From sequence record MZ475892.1: DNA of 64,000 bases; one strand, 5' to 3'. How positions within the stretch are numbered: the first letter of the stretch is position 1; each line of letters starts with the position of its first letter. The notes under the pieces were generated by a model. It was not told where the DNA came from and did not search any database. It saw only the letters and a program-made list of their open reading frames with translations. Of the stretch, positions 44,692 to 52,975 are shown piece after piece. Both the position numbers and the translations under genes were made by a program.

Positions 44692-45261
44692 TTATTTAAC
44701 CCCTACGTGTTTGGCAAGATTGATAACGCGAGTAACCCAACCATACACGTTCTCTTCTTGGTCTTCTGACTTCTTCGCCAGATTAAGCAAGAATGCTTTA
44801 CGCATTGAGTTGAAGCTATCTGTAAGTACAGAAATGTCACGCACCTTAGCATACAGGCCTAAGGTTGATAACGTTTTAGGTCCGATGTTTGGTGCAGGCA
44901 CAAAATCGGGATACAACTTCTGGCGATTGTTGAATACGTTCAGCAGGCCTTGAAGCTCCAGCGCAGCAGTACCCGCACCTGAGTTGACTGCATAGTCAAA
45001 CACATAGATGGCCAGTTCTTCGCTGTACTTGGCAATGTCATCGCACTTGCACAATTCCCAATAGTTCTTGGCGTAGATCGCTTCTGCGGTTTCACGAGGC
45101 AATACTTTCATATCACCCTGATAACCATAAGCGCGAGCGACTGGCTGAGTGATACCCCAGCGAGTGGGGCCGCCACGGTCAGCAGCGCGATTTGTGTAAC
45201 GTTCGCCACCTTCTCGGTCGATAAGCTCTGAGGTAGCGCGAATAGCTAATTGACTAGGCAT
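44692..45261 (-). CDS. Endolysin, glycoside hydrolase family 108 with a PG-binding C-terminus
   Basis: Start moved to ATG 45261; REGG..YTN...DRGGPTRWGIT, Y...YW, FDYAVNSG, G.IGP.TL-like and YGW..RV motifs. Confidence 0.88.
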   Translation of the reverse strand: MPSQLAIRATSELIDREGGERYTNRAADRGGPTRWGITQPVARAYGYQGDMKVLPRETAEAIYAKNYWELCKCDDIAKYSEELAIYVFDYAVNSGAGTAALELQGLLNVFNNRQKLYPDFVPAPNIGPKTLSTLGLYAKVRDISVLTDSFNSMRKAFLLNLAKKSEDQEENVYGWVTRVINLAKHVGVK

Positions 45262-45287
45262 GATATTTACCTTTACGAAGTGTACGA

Positions 45288-45295
45288 GAAAATTA
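45288..45295 (-). promoter_or_regulatory. Putative late-class promoter motif ATAATTTC
   Basis: 27 bp upstream of the endolysin ATG, just after a terminator. Confidence 0.55.
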
Positions 45296-45309
45296 TCATA
45301 GGGAACGAC

Positions 45310-45329
45310 AAAAGGGGCCGAAGCCCCTT
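45310..45329 (-). terminator. Intrinsic terminator
   Basis: AAGGGGC-TTCG-GCCCCTTTT. Confidence 0.8.
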
Positions 45330-45667
45330 CAGAATAGCCATCTAATTGAATAGCAGAACAAGCCTGACCAAAAGCCAATATGAGCGCAGTACGCATGTTG
45401 CATGAAACGTGATTGCACATACGGCTTTAGGAAGCAGTCGTACAGCGCACCATACATGCCACCAAGCGAGGCGAACACTACCATCGTGAAAGCAAGCTGC
45501 ATCTGAGGCATCTCTACGACAAAGATACCAACAAGGACGATCAGCACTTCAACGATTACCAGATGATAGATGTTCAGCGGTTTGGTGAAGCCACCGCACA
45601 CAAGAGGTCTGAGGTCAGCAGACGCAACCATCAAAAACAGGATTAGAAATTGATAGTCGATTGACAT
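45329..45667 (-). CDS. Small integral membrane protein (3-4 TM helices)
   Basis: 112 aa, highly hydrophobic segments; upstream of the endolysin but separated from it by a terminator. Confidence 0.6.
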   Translation of the reverse strand: MSIDYQFLILFLMVASADLRPLVCGGFTKPLNIYHLVIVEVLIVLVGIFVVEMPQMQLAFTMVVFASLGGMYGALYDCFLKPYVQSRFMQHAYCAHIGFWSGLFCYSIRWLF

Positions 45668-45972
45668 GCGTGATCGACCTCATCGGTTGTGATGCGTTGT
45701 TGACGTCTGGCCTTGAGGGCGACTTGTGCCATCACACCGTTCTTGACCATTTGCTGCAACTCTTCGTCAGTCAGTGCGCTCATTGCCTGTTTGATATGAC
45801 TGAGGTTAGCTAGGTCACGAGGGTCGAAGTGATCAGAATGTTTGTGGACGACCGCACTGCCAAGACGCCCAACATCCATTCCAGCACAACGATTCCAAAC
45901 TTCATCCGCATCAGGGTCAGTCTGCACAAGCAGCGTTCCGTGACGCTCAACGTCATGAATGTTACGACTCAT
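45643..45972 (-). CDS. Hypothetical protein
   Basis: Start moved to ATG 45972 (GGGAG RBS), MSRNIHDV... Confidence 0.65.
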   Translation of the reverse strand: MSRNIHDVERHGTLLVQTDPDADEVWNRCAGMDVGRLGSAVVHKHSDHFDPRDLANLSHIKQAMSALTDEELQQMVKNGVMAQVALKARRQQRITTDEVDHACQSTINF

Positions 45973-45973
45973 A

Positions 45974-46687
45974 TCAAACTCCCTGATTAGCAACGTAGGT
46001 GTCGGTGATGTTTGCAGTCTTCTCAACGTTACCGCGAATGTAACCAATCTCAAACACCTGCACACTATGTTTGACCACAGCTTCACCGTCAGTCTCACAT
46101 GCACCGCTATGAATGTCCAAGAAAGCCTGACACAGACGGTCAGTAACAGGCTTGGCCAAGATCTTCATCAGCGTGTGCTTCTGGACAGCGGTCATCTTGA
46201 TCGGCAGCGCATCAATCTCACGCTCGATAGATTTGCGCCCACCGCCGTACACCCAACGACAAATAGTGTTAGTGATTGGCTTCTGGTGCGTCTTGCTAGG
46301 CAGCTTGTAGATGAATGTCATCAGGCTGTAGAACAAGCTACCATCAACTGCGCGTTTCTTCAGATCATCAAGATAAGCACCGACAGGTGACAGCTTACCT
46401 TTCTGAGGAACTAACTGGTCGAGCTTGAGATCAACATCAAGCCCGTAGCGGTTAAGCACCTCAGAGTGGCCGAACACAAAGACGATGTGCTCAGGCATAT
46501 CACGAATCGCAATCGCGTTGCGACTGTAATCACGCGAGCCTACAATGAAAATGTATTTGCGGTATTTCTTCGCTGGATTTAAGAACCCATTAGACGGCAC
46601 GAAGGTGACGCGCTGTGCTTCACCTTTCTTTTTAAGCCATCCCATCACCTGCTCTGGGCTCTGTCGCGTTACTGCAATTACTGGCAT
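45974..46687 (-). CDS. Hypothetical protein
   Basis: 237 aa; TGATG coupling to sbcC. Confidence 0.7.
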   Translation of the reverse strand: MPVIAVTRQSPEQVMGWLKKKGEAQRVTFVPSNGFLNPAKKYRKYIFIVGSRDYSRNAIAIRDMPEHIVFVFGHSEVLNRYGLDVDLKLDQLVPQKGKLSPVGAYLDDLKKRAVDGSLFYSLMTFIYKLPSKTHQKPITNTICRWVYGGGRKSIEREIDALPIKMTAVQKHTLMKILAKPVTDRLCQAFLDIHSGACETDGEAVVKHSVQVFEIGYIRGNVEKTANITDTYVANQGV

Positions 46688-49008
46688 CAGATCACCTTAC
46701 GACTAAGAGACGACACACCAGACTTCTTAGTGACCGTCCACTGATTGTTAGAGAAGTGCTCAACATCGTTTGGAGTTATCCAGTAGATGTTAGGAATGAT
46801 CTGCTTGAGAATCGGCAGGAAGTTGTTGACGATGTGACTGCTCACAGCAGGGCTGCAACTGTTGTCAGGCTCGTCCAGAACGATGAAGTTGGTGCGTCGG
46901 TTAGCTGGGATGAACGGCATGATCGCTACAGCAAACAGCAATCTAAAGCAGTTCGTCTCTGCACCACTCATGATACCAATGTCCGTAGTCTTCTTAGAGA
47001 TCATACGAGTCACGGTAGCACCGACACCCTGCTTGGTCGTGAACAAATCAAAGTGCATCGGCTCAGGGAACACAAGCGAGGAGTATTCGTTCAGCTTCTT
47101 CTCAATCTGTTTCAAACGACCTTCGACGGCTTTCAGTTTCAGCGCGTTGTTCGAGTATGCTTTGTATAGCACCTCAAACACTTTGCGCTTATCGATCAGA
47201 GGCTGCAAGTCCGCGAGCTTACCACGAAGTTCCTTGAGAGTCTCCTCGTAGTGCTCATGCTCTTGGATGCGCATCTTGATCTTCTGGGCCTTGTGCTCTT
47301 TCTTATCAATGTCGTCTGTCAGCTTCTCAACTTCCTGAGTAACCTTCTTGAACTCGGCATCAAGCAAATAGAAGTCGTTGGAGGGTTTGCCTACAGCTTT
47401 GAGCGCACCAAGCAATTCACGCAACGTCTCAAGGTCTTCAATGCGACCCTCAATGACTTTACGCTTCTTCTTAGGCTTCTCAATCTTCTTCGGCTTCTTC
47501 AATGAATCGAGACGAGTGTTGAGCTTGTCATACTTCTTGGCAGACTCAAACTGCTCTTCCATTTTATCCAGCAGCTTACCGACCTTCTTCATACGAGCTT
47601 GAAGTTCTTCACGGTCGAGCTTCGGCTTCTTGACCTTGCTGTCCTTTAGCGCTTGGAGTTCAGCGGACAACGCATAATAGTCCAGAGCTTCGATGCAGTC
47701 ATCAACAGTAGCCCGTGCACGGGTTGCAGCTTTAGCCATCGACTTCATATCAACATCCTGAGAACACGTAGGGCACTTTGTACCTTCAACATGTTCGGAC
47801 AGATGCTCAAATGCTTTTACGATTGCTCGCGCTTCTGCTCGCGCATCACGAGCTTCTTCCTCAGTTCGTTTAGGACTTTTGAGCTTAGATAACCGCTTTT
47901 CCAATTGTTTGACTGAGGACTGCCATGCTCGGTATTCTTCTTGCTGGCCATCAATCTCCTCCAGGAGCTGTTCGATTTCTTCCTCTTCGGCCACCAGCTT
48001 GCGATGCTTCTTGCTTGCGGCTTTGCTGTCAAAGTCCGAGCAATCGCCGAGTTCTTCAAGTTGCTTGTGCAGCTTTTTCAGATCTGCCTTATACTCTTCC
48101 AGCAGTTCCTCATACTCGGCGTACATGTCATGCAGTGCAAGGTCGGAGCGGAGTTTCTTTAGCTCCTGTTTGGGATCGTCTGACTCAATACCAAGCGTGT
48201 CGAGTTGATGCTTAATCTTCTCATACTTCTTGGCAGTGTTGCGTTCAGTGCTTACTTCAACCAGACGCTCGGACAAGTTGTTGCGCTTGGCCTTGAGCTT
48301 GTCGATCATGCTGATGATACTTTTCAGCGTGTTCTTTTCTTCTGCATGGATGTCCAGCGCGTTTTGCTTACGCTGCATAACGTCCAGCATATCGGCCAGG
48401 CCCTTAGATTCTGTCTCGGCATCTTTTGCCAGATCAAGTTTCTTCTTGAGCGCTGCGCGAATGTTATCGAACACATCGAGGTTGAATAAGCTGGTCAGGT
48501 ACTTGAGGCGATCAGCAGGAGCAGCACGCTGGAACGGATGAGAGATCTGCGACTGGATGTAGCAGTAGCTGTAGAACTCATCCTTAGACAGAGGCCAGTG
48601 CTTCTGTACCCAAGAGCGTGCAACGTCCTGACGACCAACCTTCTGGTCTTCGCCGTTGTAGAATACCTGATACTTGGTAGACGACTGCACGACACGAACA
48701 ATGCCACCAAGCGGTGACTTCCATGACAGGTCAATCGAGCTACCCTTGCCGAGCATGTTACCCTTGTCTTTCTTTTTCATCGCAAGGGGATCAGCTTCAT
48801 ACAGCAAGGTAGGTATTGCAGCGAACAGCATACTCTTACCTACGCCGTTCGTGTTTTCCTTAACGTCTGGACTATCGAGGTTCTTTCCGCAGATTGTTGC
48901 GAAGCCCTCTTTGTCAAGGCCATCAATGTCGAGTTCCTTGTACACGCCAACGTCGCGCAAGTGAATCTCTTTCAGGCCAATACCGTGTTGCTGTTTTACT
49001 TTCGCCAT
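46687..49008 (-). CDS. sbcC: SbcC/Rad50-like ABC ATPase
   Basis: Walker A G.N...NGVGKS, Q-loop YIQSQ, long coiled coil, zinc hook CPTC, signature MSGAE, Walker B VLDEPD. Confidence 0.92.
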   Translation of the reverse strand: MAKVKQQHGIGLKEIHLRDVGVYKELDIDGLDKEGFATICGKNLDSPDVKENTNGVGKSMLFAAIPTLLYEADPLAMKKKDKGNMLGKGSSIDLSWKSPLGGIVRVVQSSTKYQVFYNGEDQKVGRQDVARSWVQKHWPLSKDEFYSYCYIQSQISHPFQRAAPADRLKYLTSLFNLDVFDNIRAALKKKLDLAKDAETESKGLADMLDVMQRKQNALDIHAEEKNTLKSIISMIDKLKAKRNNLSERLVEVSTERNTAKKYEKIKHQLDTLGIESDDPKQELKKLRSDLALHDMYAEYEELLEEYKADLKKLHKQLEELGDCSDFDSKAASKKHRKLVAEEEEIEQLLEEIDGQQEEYRAWQSSVKQLEKRLSKLKSPKRTEEEARDARAEARAIVKAFEHLSEHVEGTKCPTCSQDVDMKSMAKAATRARATVDDCIEALDYYALSAELQALKDSKVKKPKLDREELQARMKKVGKLLDKMEEQFESAKKYDKLNTRLDSLKKPKKIEKPKKKRKVIEGRIEDLETLRELLGALKAVGKPSNDFYLLDAEFKKVTQEVEKLTDDIDKKEHKAQKIKMRIQEHEHYEETLKELRGKLADLQPLIDKRKVFEVLYKAYSNNALKLKAVEGRLKQIEKKLNEYSSLVFPEPMHFDLFTTKQGVGATVTRMISKKTTDIGIMSGAETNCFRLLFAVAIMPFIPANRRTNFIVLDEPDNSCSPAVSSHIVNNFLPILKQIIPNIYWITPNDVEHFSNNQWTVTKKSGVSSLSRKVI

Positions 49009-49202
49009 TAGATATACTCGAAGGCTTCTTCCTGAATCAAACCTTTACCGTGAGTCTGCTCGAAGATTTCGATTTCATCATCGGTGTAAGGCTCAGCAGA
49101 TTCTGCGATTACGTGATACGCAATGCTTTCATCGCGGTTGGCCAGATGCTCAGGCTTTACGATACGCCACACTGGAACTTGAATTGGTTCGCGATCAATC
49201 AT
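49008..49202 (-). CDS. Hypothetical protein
   Basis: Start moved to ATG 49202 (ATGA overlap with the upstream stop). Confidence 0.6.
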   Translation of the reverse strand: MIDREPIQVPVWRIVKPEHLANRDESIAYHVIAESAEPYTDDEIEIFEQTHGKGLIQEEAFEYI

Positions 49203-49411
49203 TGGTAAACAGTCTCCGTTACTACCCACATGTCAGGATCATTATACTTTTGACGCAGTTCTTGGAGAGCTTCGTCGGAAAGAGGTTGGCTGGTGGTGCA
49301 GACGCATTGAGCAACGACCTCCGGCTTAGAAGTAACAGGGTTAATGTCGTGATCGTGACGCATCACGTTCCACTGTTGCTTAGGGGTCATTGAAATATAA
49401 AGGTGTTCCAT
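49199..49411 (-). CDS. Hypothetical protein
   Basis: 70 aa; promoter-like motif 38 bp upstream. Confidence 0.6.
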   Translation of the reverse strand: MEHLYISMTPKQQWNVMRHDHDINPVTSKPEVVAQCVCTTSQPLSDEALQELRQKYNDPDMWVVTETVYQ

Positions 49412-49448
49412 AGCGCTTGCCTATGTGTAGTGTATTGTTGATGGACGT

Positions 49449-49457
49449 TATTTACAG
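49449..49457 (-). promoter_or_regulatory. Putative replication-class promoter motif CTGTAAATA
   Basis: Heads the operon containing sbcC; directly after a terminator. Confidence 0.55.
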
Positions 49458-49481
49458 TATTTGAGGCATACAGACAAAAAG

Positions 49482-49506
49482 AAGGGCCACCATCTAGGCA
49501 GCCCTT
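49482..49506 (-). terminator. Intrinsic terminator
   Basis: AAGGGCTGCC...GGTGGCCCTT followed by CTTTTT. Confidence 0.7.
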
Positions 49507-49513
49507 GCATGTC

Positions 49514-49960
49514 TTAATATCTACGAGGCTTCTTAGGCTTCTTGATCGTAGACTTAGGACGCTTGATAGCCCGCAGTGCTTTGCGTGCTTCCACAATTTG
49601 TTTGGCTACAGTGGAACGACGAGCTTTGACCTGGTCCGTATCTTGGTCAGTGCCTTTCAGCTTATCGAGTCTGTTCCACTCTTGCACCAGACGATCAACA
49701 ACACCAGCGCGACCGACGCGTTGCTGGTTGATGCGCACAATGTCCTGATGAGTCTTCACGGAGTTTTGTGCGTCTTTCTGTTTAGCACGCGCAGATGCAA
49801 CGTGATCAGAGTTACCCTCAGCAGACTTCTCGTTAAGCTGCTTACGTCTAAGTGCCAGACGGCGTTGCGCTTGCTTGAGTTCGTCTTTGGAGTTCTCCAG
49901 TTGCGTCTGCATGTCTTCAAGAGGACTTGAGCGTGCGCTCAGACTAACGAGAAGTTCCAT
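49514..49960 (-). CDS. Basic coiled-coil protein with the shared leader MELLVSLSA
   Basis: Start moved to ATG 49960 (GAGGA RBS); K/R-rich C-terminus. Confidence 0.65.
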   Translation of the reverse strand: MELLVSLSARSSPLEDMQTQLENSKDELKQAQRRLALRRKQLNEKSAEGNSDHVASARAKQKDAQNSVKTHQDIVRINQQRVGRAGVVDRLVQEWNRLDKLKGTDQDTDQVKARRSTVAKQIVEARKALRAIKRPKSTIKKPKKPRRY

Positions 49961-49967
49961 AGGTTCC

Positions 49968-50519
49968 TCACACAGGCTGTATGGTAATGATCTGGACGCC
50001 TTGTTCATTACGCGACTTGAGAATGCGGAAGCGGAAGTCTATTGGATAAATCCATTCGAGTTCATCCATAAGACCATCAAGAATCATCTCACGTTCTTCT
50101 TCGTCACCACCGAACTCTTTATCAAGATCAGCAGCCATGATAAGATTGTACGTGCGCTGCCAATAGTTGAAGGCTTTGTTCTTTGGCCCAGGAAGAATCT
50201 CCAGCATCGTATCTGTCTTGCCTGCCTTTGCAAAACCTTTAGCAGTAGCGAAGTCTTGACTGAACGACAGGTACTTGTTGATCATCACGAAAGGATTCTT
50301 AGCCTGCTTAAACAGAGCCATGAGTTCTTTTTCATACAGACCACGATACAGAGGCATCTCAGGACGTTCGGGATATTTAGCGATCAGATCATCAAGCGCA
50401 GGGCTGGAGCGATTAGCGTCAATCACATGCCCTTTATCGTGGAGCATAGTCCACATAATGTCTTGCTGTCTGTCGGTGTAGGCAGGTATCTTAGCACTGA
50501 GGCTAACCATGAGTTCCAT
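49968..50519 (-). CDS. Putative ADP-ribosyltransferase (R-S-E clade, VIP2/T4 Alt-Mod-like)
   Basis: LYRG, YLSFS and ELEWIYP (ExE) followed by FRILK; leader MELMVSLSA. Confidence 0.7.
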   Translation of the reverse strand: MELMVSLSAKIPAYTDRQQDIMWTMLHDKGHVIDANRSSPALDDLIAKYPERPEMPLYRGLYEKELMALFKQAKNPFVMINKYLSFSQDFATAKGFAKAGKTDTMLEILPGPKNKAFNYWQRTYNLIMAADLDKEFGGDEEEREMILDGLMDELEWIYPIDFRFRILKSRNEQGVQIITIQPV

Positions 50520-50530
50520 ACAGGTTCCTT

Positions 50531-50558
50531 AAAAGAAAAGGCGGACCGAAGCCCGCCT
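50531..50558 (-). terminator. Intrinsic terminator directly upstream of the ART RBS
   Basis: AGGCGGGC-TTCG-GTCCGCCT-TTTCTTTT. Confidence 0.7.
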
Positions 50559-50647
50559 CTGAGTAATGTGCGCTATGCACTCGACGGTTAAGTCTCCTGC
50601 TATTGTTTTACCTCGTTGCAGTAAACGAGGAGATAAGGATCACCTCC

Positions 50648-51196
50648 TCAGACGGTACCTAATACTTCAAGCACATCTTCGTCGTCCACACTTGCAGACC
50701 ACGAACGCATAACAGAAGCATTGCCGCGATTGCCTGTCAGCATTGATTTAACTGCTGGTGTGGCTTCGATTTCGGCATAGTGTTCCAAGAGAGCTTTGTC
50801 ATCTTTGAACCACATAATGGAGTTACCGTCCTTAGGGACGATCAAGAATTGGGTAGGCTTCTGGGTGACGTTCAACGTCAGGTAGTAATCACCAGCACCT
50901 TTAGGAGTCAGCATCGGCATTGGCTTCATCGCATACATGAAGTCCTTAGCGTGCATTAGTTTCTGATCGCCGAGCAACCAGATTGCGCCTTCTTCACCTT
51001 GACGCACAGCAGACAAATCGCCTTTACGTGTTGCAATCGTTCCGAATACATCTTTATCGAAACGTGACAGACCGAAGATCAGCGATGCGAGACGCTTCAG
51101 GTCCGGGGTCGTGCATGGACTGTTGATTACAGCCATACCCTCAGACCCAAGTGTGAATTTAGAGAGTGAAATAAAGAGTTCCATCGTAACGTCCAT
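50648..51196 (-). CDS. Hypothetical protein with the shared leader MELFISLS (alternative start 51184)
   Basis: 182 aa; late motif upstream. Confidence 0.6.
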   Translation of the reverse strand: MDVTMELFISLSKFTLGSEGMAVINSPCTTPDLKRLASLIFGLSRFDKDVFGTIATRKGDLSAVRQGEEGAIWLLGDQKLMHAKDFMYAMKPMPMLTPKGAGDYYLTLNVTQKPTQFLIVPKDGNSIMWFKDDKALLEHYAEIEATPAVKSMLTGNRGNASVMRSWSASVDDEDVLEVLGTV

Positions 51197-51217
51197 ACCG
51201 TCTTATGAATGTATGGT

Positions 51218-51225
51218 AAAATTAG
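51218..51225 (-). promoter_or_regulatory. Putative late-class promoter motif CTAATTTT
   Basis: After a terminator, upstream of the MELxxSLS gene cluster. Confidence 0.55.
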
Positions 51226-51251
51226 TGTTCCTTAAGACATTTCTGAAATAA

Positions 51252-51279
51252 AAAAGGGCGACCCTTAGGCCACCCTTTT
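51252..51279 (-). terminator. Intrinsic terminator after dnaX
   Basis: AAAAGGGTGGCC-TAAG-GGTCGCCCTTTT. Confidence 0.8.
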
Positions 51280-51294
51280 GTTAGTTATTTACCA

Positions 51295-52572
51295 CTACTT
51301 CTTCTTTTTCTTTTTCTTGGGCTTTTCGTCTTCGTCGTCATCTTCGACTTCGTTACCCAATTTCACAGACAGCTTGCCTTCATAAATGTCGGCCATCAGA
51401 CTGAGGATAGTTGCTTCCAACATAATGTCAGCAGGCACGGAGGTACTGTTGAATGCTACCTCTGCTTCTGCCAGTGCTTTCTGCAAATAAATCAGGCAAA
51501 CAAGATTGACCTTAATCTTCTCTTGCTTAACCATATTCAGGAACATCTTGAGGCCAGCAGACTGCCACTTGTTTGTGTCAGAGTAATGACCAAGCGCACC
51601 GTGAAGTACCCAGCGTGCTTTCGCTACGATTGCTCGTGGGTTGTTTGCTTCACGCAGGAACTGAATGACGCCGATAAGGTCCATCGCAATGAACGCACCG
51701 ATAGTCTGAACTGCTTTGCCTTCCATTTCAATTTCTGGATCGGCCGCTGCAAGTTCTGCCACCAGCTTCTTATCAAACGCTTCACCACCTTTGACTGACG
51801 CAAAGATGTTTTGCATCATCGTGATTGCACCGCGCATCTGACCGCCTGCATACTCGGCAACCTGATGCAACGCTGATTCAGCTTTATCACGCGCTTTATC
51901 TTTCTTAGGCATGATGCCAAGAATATCAGCGATTTCTGACAGACGCTTCGCAATGATGTCGGTAGGAATCGGCCTGATAGGAAGTTGTGTCATACGACTG
52001 ATCATCGTATCTTTCATCTTCTCAGGGTTCGTGGTCACGAAGATGAACACGACATGCGCTGGTGGTTCTTCAATGATCTTGAGGAACTTCGATTCGGCTG
52101 CGCTCGACATGAGGTGAGCTTCATCGAGAATGAACACACGGCGTTTGAACGTAGGCGCCAGAGGTGCTGAGTCAACGATACGCTGTGAGCCTTCAACTTT
52201 ACCAGAGTCGCTACCCATATCGAACTCTTGCACGTCAGGGTGCTGGCCGTTATTGTACACCATGCGACACGAGGCACACTTACCACACGCGCTAAACGAA
52301 TCACAGTTGATGTACTTTGCGACGAGACGCGCAAACGTTGTTTTACCACTACCCAGATGGCCTGTAATGATCATCGTTGATGGAACTGTTTTCGACTTCT
52401 GCCAACCGTTCATGATCTTAACGATGTGGTCTTGACCTACATAGTCTTCGATGCGTTTCGGTCGAAACTGAGCGGCAAAGTTTACCGTAGTCAGTTCAGT
52501 AGAAGACTCGGACTTGGAACTACTTGAACCAAAGTCACGTTTCTTCTTCTTTTTCTTTTCTTCTTTCGCCAT
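51295..52572 (-). CDS. dnaX: Clamp loader ATPase, DNA Pol III gamma/tau-like
   Basis: FAAQFRP...DYVGQ, GHLGSGKTT, Cys4 zinc motif, ILDEAH, LKIIEEPP, TISR-like sensor MISR, GQMRGA. Confidence 0.9.
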   Translation of the reverse strand: MAKEEKKKKKKRDFGSSSSKSESSTELTTVNFAAQFRPKRIEDYVGQDHIVKIMNGWQKSKTVPSTMIITGHLGSGKTTFARLVAKYINCDSFSACGKCASCRMVYNNGQHPDVQEFDMGSDSGKVEGSQRIVDSAPLAPTFKRRVFILDEAHLMSSAAESKFLKIIEEPPAHVVFIFVTTNPEKMKDTMISRMTQLPIRPIPTDIIAKRLSEIADILGIMPKKDKARDKAESALHQVAEYAGGQMRGAITMMQNIFASVKGGEAFDKKLVAELAAADPEIEMEGKAVQTIGAFIAMDLIGVIQFLREANNPRAIVAKARWVLHGALGHYSDTNKWQSAGLKMFLNMVKQEKIKVNLVCLIYLQKALAEAEVAFNSTSVPADIMLEATILSLMADIYEGKLSVKLGNEVEDDDEDEKPKKKKKKK

Positions 52573-52608
52573 GATGCTATTGCCCTTTAGTTTGATGCTT
52601 ACTGTCGA

Positions 52609-52618
52609 TATTTACAGA
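52609..52618 (-). promoter_or_regulatory. Putative replication-class promoter motif TCTGTAAATA
   Basis: 37 bp upstream of dnaX, after a terminator. Confidence 0.6.
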
Positions 52619-52632
52619 TTTTAGACAAAAAG

Positions 52633-52662
52633 AAAGGACCACATCCAAAATGGAGGGTCCTT
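52633..52662 (-). terminator. Probable intrinsic terminator
   Basis: AAGGACC..TCCA-TTT-TGGA..GGTCCTT followed by TCTTTTT. Confidence 0.6.
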
Positions 52663-52713
52663 AAAAAGTCTATCTCTGGTATGGGACAGCTATCACTAGT
52701 GGCAACAGGTGAT

Positions 52714-52923
52714 TCATGCAAAGCTCATCTCCCAGCGGGGCGTCACGCGGGAAAAGAGTTTAAATTCTTCAGGTGGGTTAGACTTGATTTCGTTGATGGC
52801 TGCTTCAACGTCATCGTAATCGTGAAGTCCAGCTTGTACGGTCTGCGTAACGAACGTACCATCTGAATTGATCAAGTCAGCGACGACTCGATAACTTGGG
52901 CGACTCTGTTGCATCCTAAACAT
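52714..52923 (-). CDS. Hypothetical protein
   Basis: 69 aa; AGGAG RBS; promoter-like motif 40 bp upstream. Confidence 0.7.
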   Translation of the reverse strand: MFRMQQSRPSYRVVADLINSDGTFVTQTVQAGLHDYDDVEAAINEIKSNPPEEFKLFSRVTPRWEMSFA

Positions 52924-52962
52924 AACATCTCCTGAATATTAAACCTCAACGTTCTTGAATTA

Positions 52963-52972
52963 TGTTTACAGA
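52963..52972 (-). promoter_or_regulatory. Putative replication-class promoter motif TCTGTAAACA
   Basis: 40 bp upstream of ATG 52923. Confidence 0.5.
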
Positions 52973-52975
52973 TTG

